DNA from: Oopsacas minuta
Taxonomy: Eukaryota > Animalia > Porifera
Assembly (NCBI GenBank): GCA_024704765.1
Contig: JAKMXF010000332.1
Span: 1,309,861-1,373,860, forward strand
Length of the DNA stretch: 64,000 nucleotides
Reading direction: 5' to 3'
In this document: in pieces, positions 57,001-64,000 of the stretch
Layout: each line of letters opens with the position of its first letter
How positions within the stretch are numbered: the first letter of the stretch is position 1
Program-made: the position numbers and the translations under genes
Notes under the pieces: generated by a model
Told to the model about the DNA's origin: nothing
What the model saw: only the letters and a program-made list of their open reading frames with translations
The model's database searches: none

Positions 57001-59304
57001 CTCTTGAATGAATGAGTACAATTTTTCAGGATATAGTCTTAATAACAACCTTACGTAATAACTAGCAGAGGTAGAATGTACAGATACTGGACTAAGCATT
57101 AAGGAATACATGTCATTAACAAACTTATTAGAGTTATCAGCAGCGCTCAGCCAAACCCTCACTCTATCTTTGAGGAGGATTAATATTTTAAATGATAGAT
57201 TGCAGTGAAATTCAAAAGTGGATTTCAAACTAGCTAATAGTATTTCCAATTGGAAATCCTTAATTTGGAAATCTGTTGGAAATATAGTTGGATTTATCTG
57301 ATATAAGTTAAGCACTGAGGACAAAATTGATAACACTATTTCATTGGTACCTTGAGATGATGTAGGGTTTAATAAAGCGAAGAGAAGAGAGGAGAAAATA
57401 TCTAGAAAACATGAGTAGTGATTGGTAGCATTATCCTCACTCCTGTTGATGTATTGTGTGTGTTTGTGTGCACTTCGTTCTATCAAGAGGAGAAGTGCTG
57501 TCAGGCTAGAAATTAAATTCTTCCGAATTGAGACAGAATTAATATCCACCAATGTTATAAATCCTTTCAATACTAATTGTAAGTCTTCTTCGCTTATGAT
57601 TGAATTTGATTTTTTATTCAGACAGATCAAGTCGAGTGCTGATATGGATAACTCAGATGAACAACTAATCAAGCAATATTTAATCTTGTCTCGATTAAGT
57701 ATTTTTGTGACGTCAGTATTATGTTGTTGCTTTTGAGCCTGTTTGAGACAAAGAATCAGAAACAGATATCCCTGGCCAGTTTCTGGTACTTGACTGGCAA
57801 TATATTGCAAGATATCAGCATGACAAGCAATAATTCCTTTCTTACAGAAGTCATAAATGTTATGACAGTGTCCTGGAGTGATACGAGACATATTACAAAG
57901 TATTGCATCAATCCATGGTTGAATATCAGAGAATAACACCGAATCCTGGCACACTAGTCTACACCAAAACTCTCCCACGTGAGTAGCAAGAGCACACTCA
58001 TCCATAACCATGGGGAGAGTTTCCGGGAGCAGAGGATCCAGGATAATCCATCTTGAGAGAGGAATGTAATTTGAGAGTAAACAAAGGTATTTGTATTTGG
58101 TAGTAGATTTAACGTCTAAGAGGAGAAAACTCTTAGCATAATTCTCACAAATAGTTTGTGTTTCTCCTTCAAATATATCACTCAGTAGCTTCAGGAAATC
58201 CATGAAGATTTCCTTAATCAAATGTCTGATAGTTTCAATATGTGAGTACCAATTATTCATTACAATATCCACTATAACTTGTTTGAGATCTATGTCTTCA
58301 TCCATCAGACTGCTTTTTAGCATCTGTTTGTGTGATGGAGTTATCACAGCTTTCCTTAGCGAAATAATACAAGAATGTAAGCATCTATAAACTTGTAGAC
58401 AGGGCAGAGATTTGTTGTTAATTCTAATTAATAGCTTTTCTATTTCTAACAGAATTGATATACAAACTGGTGTAGCATGTAGACTAACTTGATAGAACAT
58501 GAATTGAATAGGAGCGGCAGAAATAAGTCCATAAAGTATCCTAACATTAGGAGTGTGATTTGACATATTAATTGCATTCACCTTATATAAGTCATTCAAT
58601 ATTGTGTCTTGTTTCAAAAATCGCATTAATTGTATTAATACGATAATAGAAGTCTGTGAAATATCTACATCATCATCATCAGCACATTGAGCTATCCCAC
58701 CAAACAGTTTACTAGCATGCAAATCTGTTAATTCAGTCTTATTAGTAATATTATTCGTGAGATTAGCTAGCACACGATTCAAGTAATTATACTCAGAAGT
58801 AAGAGATATTTCTTGAGATGTAAATATAGCAGATCGACACTTTCCAATTATTTTATGGTAGGATTTAATAATTGATATCAGGTGGGGTTGTAATCTGGTT
58901 CTGTTGTTAGATAGAAATATATTCATCTCAGTGAAAATGAAATACACATGTTCTTCAACTAATTTATATCCACCAGGCAGGTGTTCTAAGCAATCTTCAA
59001 CAGAACTGAACATTCTCTCAGATTGAGAACTAACCTGTGTAATCAGTACATCACTGATATACGGTGTGAAGGTGTGTTGTAGGATTAAATCTTTGAGGAT
59101 TGCTCTAACTGCTTTCTTTAGAGGACTCTTTATTGGAATATTAAAATAGAAAGTAACCAATTTGCTAATAAAACTTTCCGAAAACGCATAAGTATTAGCA
59201 ATCAACTTCTTATGGCAATCTTGTATTTCTTCTAACTCAATATCCAACGAATTCTGTAACTTAAATTCGAATCTATTTATTTCTTCTAAGCTGTTGAGCG
59301 TCAT
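54088..59304 (-). CDS. THADA: THADA / Trm732 (tRNA 32-2'-O-methyltransferase regulator), single exon, 1738 aa
   Basis: DUF2428 signatures: CNSSPEG, CWQSLKE, RHRGAFEL, TRRSAGLP, HSLNILRALFKD, WPIRNA, FFSRYPTL; HEAT/ARM-like composition. Confidence 0.95.
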   Translation of the reverse strand: MTLNSLEEINRFEFKLQNSLDIELEEIQDCHKKLIANTYAFSESFISKLVTFYFNIPIKSPLKKAVRAILKDLILQHTFTPYISDVLITQVSSQSERMFSSVEDCLEHLPGGYKLVEEHVYFIFTEMNIFLSNNRTRLQPHLISIIKSYHKIIGKCRSAIFTSQEISLTSEYNYLNRVLANLTNNITNKTELTDLHASKLFGGIAQCADDDDVDISQTSIIVLIQLMRFLKQDTILNDLYKVNAINMSNHTPNVRILYGLISAAPIQFMFYQVSLHATPVCISILLEIEKLLIRINNKSLPCLQVYRCLHSCIISLRKAVITPSHKQMLKSSLMDEDIDLKQVIVDIVMNNWYSHIETIRHLIKEIFMDFLKLLSDIFEGETQTICENYAKSFLLLDVKSTTKYKYLCLLSNYIPLSRWIILDPLLPETLPMVMDECALATHVGEFWCRLVCQDSVLFSDIQPWIDAILCNMSRITPGHCHNIYDFCKKGIIACHADILQYIASQVPETGQGYLFLILCLKQAQKQQHNTDVTKILNRDKIKYCLISCSSELSISALDLICLNKKSNSIISEEDLQLVLKGFITLVDINSVSIRKNLISSLTALLLLIERSAHKHTQYINRSEDNATNHYSCFLDIFSSLLFALLNPTSSQGTNEIVLSILSSVLNLYQINPTIFPTDFQIKDFQLEILLASLKSTFEFHCNLSFKILILLKDRVRVWLSAADNSNKFVNDMYSLMLSPVSVHSTSASYYVRLLLRLYPEKLYSFIQEKWTNDREQLDIHLSQDVSDNSSNNINLNCLWSLLQLLNMQLEISKERWNPTKYCLYSIIRCIRGVLSECSIQETDISYLKQCLDTSIHLCTRVLSVTGHIVCNSSPEGYLSDYVDDDSTQLIYNRSVLLCSWQSLKEISLLFSEIIELFFPIYPSLFYPSNLTTIYRFYLNYLIEARHRGAFELTYVGFVKLCNCLWLSPTPSVFSLPSIWLQEVLSNLLNNEKRETQMNLLSCATRRSAGLPYLVLAILSNEPKHLNNKYLSITMDTLTTIAAKVVQSPEDIIIQVHSLNILRALFKDNKLRDIMHQYVSTTIPHVIRSVSSTHWPIRNASHLLFSSIMSRVFGVKRTQDEYAWQNKMTTHNFFSRYPTLWELFSNILTQFVEYSKILQPEYSVFLILTIFSRLYISKSDTNSHYITILIPQLFRLCENPCWKLRQMSANSISSLLSSQIFSLVYPYFLKNSPHSLENPSHNTVHGFLLVLKEVVQLQISKLSVTESVTLFNFCNDLIPVCTRCIVNQCTVFQILTTLIDKSQKCVFESVRDVDVKLYFHLVEFFKKIFDKSALKNDLFLQTRISTSLRLTIALSRIKDIFSNQSIMSLPHNLLDRSDLRQYSIQSILEMEMNIPPDIFPLNILFILFLESTNEERINIICIIMRNLHFNFTKITQELSQQKYSDLHTAFNMIHNLIVVCSVEYEYLTSLIQFAGCLILSLNIAGESISYEINTFIHSVYEIAITTQVLCVIQCIDYTLCAIYDLIIPSTLDEDTINKFWFLSLYGVHLCNDSKLASVITTVPRDKVIPVHVHPSVATEILLMNITILLNEERALRVLLFLLQNIINLELTNEVEENDTDRLFEESSVNYFTIPTAIILCISKLILNIVENSINSEVRLAEIQTLFYNIREQLELVHQTDGLAWNRKYFLLSLLYSLLYQILQERSIKLNNDILSQKSLFSSQAILEPSILKVILFDMI

Positions 59305-59384
59305 TCAGCTGTGTGCTCGAATTAGGAAATTATTAAAAGTATAAGCACATAAATACCCTACATTATAATTTCATAATTGGAATA

Positions 59385-59975
59385 CGAGGCTTTGCCTCGT
59401 CGCTTTACGCTCGGTGCTGTATTCTTTATTACCTAATTGACAGCCCCTTTGGAACCATAGGAGTCAGTAATTGATTGTTATATTATGTCATGAAATCAAC
59501 TGTAAATTCAAATTACCGAGCACGCTTCGCTTGCTCGCGCTACGCGGTTGCGGATACTTCATGTCCACACTCGGGCTAAGGCCCTCGAGTACGTAAACTC
59601 ATAATCTTAACCGTCGCAAACATGATATACTGCCATAACATTTAAATCTGCTTACTTTATGTCCCCAAAGTGAACAAATATTTTTATGAAATGTTTAGAG
59701 TATCATATTTGGACTCCTCCTACTCGATTACCTCAGTATAGTCGTTGGAAGTATGATTCTACCTAAAATTTGAAATTCGTTTACTTTATATTCAAAAACA
59801 ACAAAAAATTTACATATGATTAATCTCAAAGTGTGAAAATCGGATTCAGCATGTTCGATACGAATTTTTATTGAATTATAGTTATGCGGCAATTTCAATT
59901 TGCATACCTTAAATCCTTTCCTTGACAACGGGCAAACAAACAAACAACATTTGAGATTTATTAACATAAATATAT
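59385..59975 (-). repeat. Helitron-like family B copy
   Basis: 5' TAAATCTCAAATGTTGTTTGTTTG...TGTCAAGGAAAGG; 3' GCGACGAGGCAAAGC-CTCG-T. Confidence 0.6.
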
Positions 59976-61567
59976 ATGAGAAACTTGAAAATACGATATT
60001 CGGGTAAGTAGGTTCGAATTTTGACATTTTCAGGCTTATACTTCAAAGAATATTTTAATAACTAGCTTTAATGACTAAATATCTTGTTTATTGGTTAGAA
60101 ATATGATCCAGTGGCCAGAGGTGCAGGCACTTATTGTAATCCCACTCTGTCGGCTGGAAATGTTTTAAAATATATACAGAATTACATATATCGTTGGTAT
60201 GATAAAGTTTAGCTAGCGCGCAGAGTGGGGTAATGAAAAATTACTACCTAATCTATTATCTATTTATATCATGAGGGGGCGGGTGATCAATTCGGTTCGA
60301 AGAAAATGGTACATTACAAAAATTGGGCCGTGGCTAAAACTTGCATACTATTTCAAATTTGCAGAAATTTGTCCCTTGGGAAAATTTCATATGGGACCAT
60401 ATACACAATAATACCAAAGAATCAATTAATTCAATCTTATTGATAATCACAATTAGGTATTAGTTGGATCACAATACAGTAGACCCTCACTAATCTGAAT
60501 GGGCGCCTAATGGTTATACCTTTGGAAAATAGTAAAACTTTTCAAAATGCCCTAATTTTTTCATAAACTACTGTGGACTAATACGCAATAATATATTACA
60601 CATGTTGACACTTTTCATTGTTTGTACAACTTTCGAAAAAGTATATTTCTAGATCCTAAAGTAGTGTTTCAATGGATTTCCCTAATCCGTTGTAATTGTT
60701 TGGCAATTGGAGGATGGGCAGTGCTATTCGAATTAGAGAGTGTGTACGTACCGAAATATTGAATGATACCAAGGGCGTAAAATCAGCCAAGGTTCCAGGA
60801 AAAAAGCTTCGCCCATCCCTCTGGATTGTATTTTAGAAAGTGTGGAGTTAGTATTGAGAACATGACAGTAGAATCGATGAATACATGGAGAGGAATAATC
60901 AAGGCTATGTTTGCTATTTAAGCGAATAAACTAAACAAGAGACCTGTAGTATTCTGATTTTTGGGTATTGATAACCTTTTAGCCCCTACCTGTTCAACTA
61001 ACTTCAAGGGAAGTCGCTCGTGAGACATGTGCATATGGGCAATGAATCCCTTGTAAAAAATTGTAAACTGAGTTAGCCTGAGCAGAGGTGGTAAGTACAA
61101 ATCGAGTTTTGCTATACGTAGTTTCATCATTGTACAGGTTCAGAATAATTTCTTTATTTATTTAATTTTCGTTTGTTATCACCCCTAAGGGCCGACTGTC
61201 CTAAGGGGAAAATATTCCAAATCTATCTAACTTTCTTGAATCGAGTTTAACAATTTTCATTGTGATATTCGTAATCAAAATATTAAATTTCCAGCAAAGT
61301 GATGGACCACTTAACCATATTCCGACCACTAATTATAATGGAATGTATTACATTCCTGCGTTGTCAAAGAGAAGAAAATTTCCCCCGTGACCCCTATAAT
61401 GAAAGGAAATTTCATTCTGATTACGAATATCTGCATACGAAATTGGAATTAAAATATCAATGTTAATTCGATTCGACTTAAAATAAGAATGTTAATAGAC
61501 AAATATTGATCTCACACAAGTAGTCGGACTATGGTCAAGTGTGACCCATGAAATTTAAGGCTGATTA

Positions 61568-63634
61568 CACTGGCCAACAACATTTTCTTGGCTGATAAGC
61601 TGATACTATTTCTAGGGTATATCGGGGTCACTGAGTTCAAAAATGGCACTAGTTCTGGTAAGTTGGCTCTACTTTTGTGATATTGAATTATTTTTTTCAG
61701 TATCCGTGAATCAGTGTTCACTGATACCATATAGTATGTATGTATTACATTATACCTAGAATTGAACGTACGTAATAAGCAGATAATTTGAGATATAATA
61801 TGATCTGAATACTTATCAATCATGAACGAACATTCTCTTATACGAATTCCTCTTGTGAGGTTCTTGGGCGCAATCACGCATAAGGCTCCTGCAGTAATCT
61901 GCCAACATGTGAGCGTCCCATCATCCTGATGTCTTGGTGGAATCGCTCGCCCTGTTCTTCGCTTAAATCACCCAGATTTTCAGGGAATCTCTCTAAATGG
62001 CTATAGAGGTAGTGAAATTTTATGCTCATTCTGGTTCCCAGACTGTGGAAGTTCTTGAGCATGCCTTCGACCAGATTCTGGTAGTTAGCTACTTTGGTGT
62101 TACCTAGAAATCCCTTTACAACATCGACAAAGGAATACCACGCGGCAGCCTCAACTTCAGTCATGTGTGAGGCGAATTCTTCATCTTTTATCAGTTTTCT
62201 GATTTGTGGCCTATCAAAAATTCCTGCCTTAAGTTTTTCACTACTCAGACCACGATATACTGAACAGAGGTAGTTGAAACAGATACCATCTTTGTTCAAT
62301 GCCTTTACGAATTGTTCCATCAGTCCCAACTTGATATGTAGTGGGGGTAGGATGATACGGTCACGGCTAACTAGTGGCTCGTTAATGATATTCTTTCCCC
62401 CACGGCAAGCTTTTGACGAACGCGCCAGTTCTTCTCTTCCTAGTGCACCTCATACGCTCTGCTGTCCCACAAACAAAGAAAGCATGGGTATTTAGTGTAA
62501 CCACTTTGCTGTCCTAACAGAATGTTGACCATTTTCAAGTCCACACACGCGATCCAGTTATGTTCATAATAACACAGCTTTTGTAGGACCATCTTTACAG
62601 TTGCGTAGTGCTCTTTCAAGATTACTGAATGGCCGATCGGAACACAGGCAAACTTGTTATCATTATGTAGCAACACCCACTTTAGACTCCGTTTAGAGCT
62701 GTCGATAAACGCCACTCATTCGGATTGTATTGGGACAGTCACATTGCTGAGAGAAGTCCTGGGATGTTATTACAAAACACGAAATCGCCTTCTTCACTGA
62801 AATAGCGAATAAGTTCTTCGTATCTGCGTTGGTAATAAGTTATCCTAGCGTGACTGTGGAGAACATGGCGTTCACTGAGACGGGAAGCCAGGATCTCTGA
62901 AGCATCTTTTGACAAGCCTAAGTCTCTCATTAAGTCGTTGAGCTGCCCCTGTGTGAAAGGCACCGTTTTACTTATCTGTAACGACTCATTACAGCTATTG
63001 CTGCTGTAAGTGCTGTCCGACGATTTATCAATTGCCTCAGTAAACACAGATCAGGAACTAGATCAGGTAAGGAAGTAAAAACAGGCACCTGAATTTCGCT
63101 GCAGTGTGGAATTGGCCGTCTTGCAGAATCTGTCAGGATATTGCCACGAATTCTTTTTCTGTCGGTTCCATCCAGACATGTTAACCATACAGAAGTAACA
63201 TTCATCATGATGGTTCTTGGGCTCTCGCCAAACCATTGGTACCCCAAACTTCATGGATTTGGCTTTTCCTTGGGTCCATAGGCGGAGGGTTTCTGTGCAA
63301 TATTTGCACACTTTGTGAGGGCTCCATGCCTTATCCTGATTGCCTAACTTCATACCAAAGTAAGCCTGATAAGCTTTTTGTGTGACATCTCTTACATTAA
63401 AACGATGTTCCTTTGCCATGTATTCACCATAAATATAGCAAACTGTGTTATGAATATCACAGTGAAAAATCTCAAATCACCGTCTGTGCCGACGCAATTT
63501 TCCATTATTGAAAAGATTTATATTATTTGTATACTTTATATTCATAAAATCAACAATAAATGTACATATGAGAAAAGATTGCGAAATTCTGATTCAGCGA
63601 ATTTAATTACCCCTATATGTTCGTTGAGCCCATG
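61568..63634 (-). mobile_element. Chapaev3-like (CMC superfamily) DNA transposon, frameshifted
   Basis: ORF pieces 63063-63419 (PHKVCKYC...MVWREPKNHHDECYFC), 62739-63047, 62440-62715 (CVDLKMVNILLGQQSGYTKYPCFLCLWDSR) and 61874-62329 (LSEEQGERFHQDI). Left end CACTGGCCAACAAC; the right end match (CATGGGCTCAACGA in reverse) is loose. Confidence 0.75.
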
Positions 63635-63787
63635 ATGACATGGGGGTGATAACAAACGAAAGCTACCATCGATCGACTGCTATCAAGTATTTTCTAACTA
63701 CACGGTTGTATGGATACCATTCCAAAAATCACTAGGAGAATTAATCCCCGAGATTGATACTAAAAACCCATATGGCTCATAGACTAA

Positions 63788-63876
63788 TATGTATGTATGG
63801 TGTATGTATGCATGTATGTATGGTGTATGTATGCATGTATGTATGCATGTATGTATGCATGTATGTATGTATGTAT
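63788..63876. repeat. (ATGT)n compound microsatellite
   Basis: ATGT units interspersed with ATGC and TGG variants. Confidence 0.92.
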
Positions 63877-64000
63877 CAGGCTTGGACTGGGTCACGAATA
63901 AACCGGGTCACTATTTTCAATAAATTTCCGGGTCTGAACCGGGTCACTGATTTTGACTTGACCCGGTTTATATCTTTATGGATAATTAAATTATAACGGT

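Noticed and set aside
63698-63996. Two short ORFs with HTCI/MYVC repeats
   Set aside because: Translations of the (ATGT)n microsatellite.
1-64000. tRNA/rRNA genes and the many 60-130-aa ORFs antisense to real genes or inside repeats
   Set aside because: No cloverleaf or rRNA-like sequence was recognised by eye (tRNAscan-SE/Infernal would be decisive); the short ORFs are shadow frames.

Overview
AT-rich eukaryotic (animal) genomic DNA with GT-AG introns. Long intronless housekeeping genes plus a NACHT/NLR gene suggest an intron-poor non-bilaterian such as a glass sponge (inference only). All recognisable intact host genes are on the minus strand: a GT31 beta-1,3-galactosyltransferase running off the left edge and absent from the ORF track (<1-679), BOP1, a NACHT/NLR protein with a tandem death-fold-like N-terminus, a 230-aa NACHT-less paralogue of that N-terminus, IFT74 (5 exons), TMEM104 (4 exons), a divergent Maf-like bZIP and THADA. 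An NHL-repeat pseudogene lies on the plus strand. The rest is packed with DNA transposons: two MULEs plus a relic, an intact maT/DD37D Tc1-mariner, two mariner relics, a hAT with TIR/TSD, a Chapaev3-like element, a zinc-finger tyrosine-recombinase relic, Helitron- and Helentron-like repeats and MITEs. The most unusual zone is 9-18 kb. Between the NLR and its truncated paralogue are (i) a near-perfect 775-bp foldback of a MULE transposase 3' end, resembling maize Mu killer, and (ii) a hammerhead-ribozyme-like motif with an intact catalytic core, on the same strand as both immune genes. No rRNA, tRNA or CRISPR array was recognised. All alignments and coordinates were done by eye.
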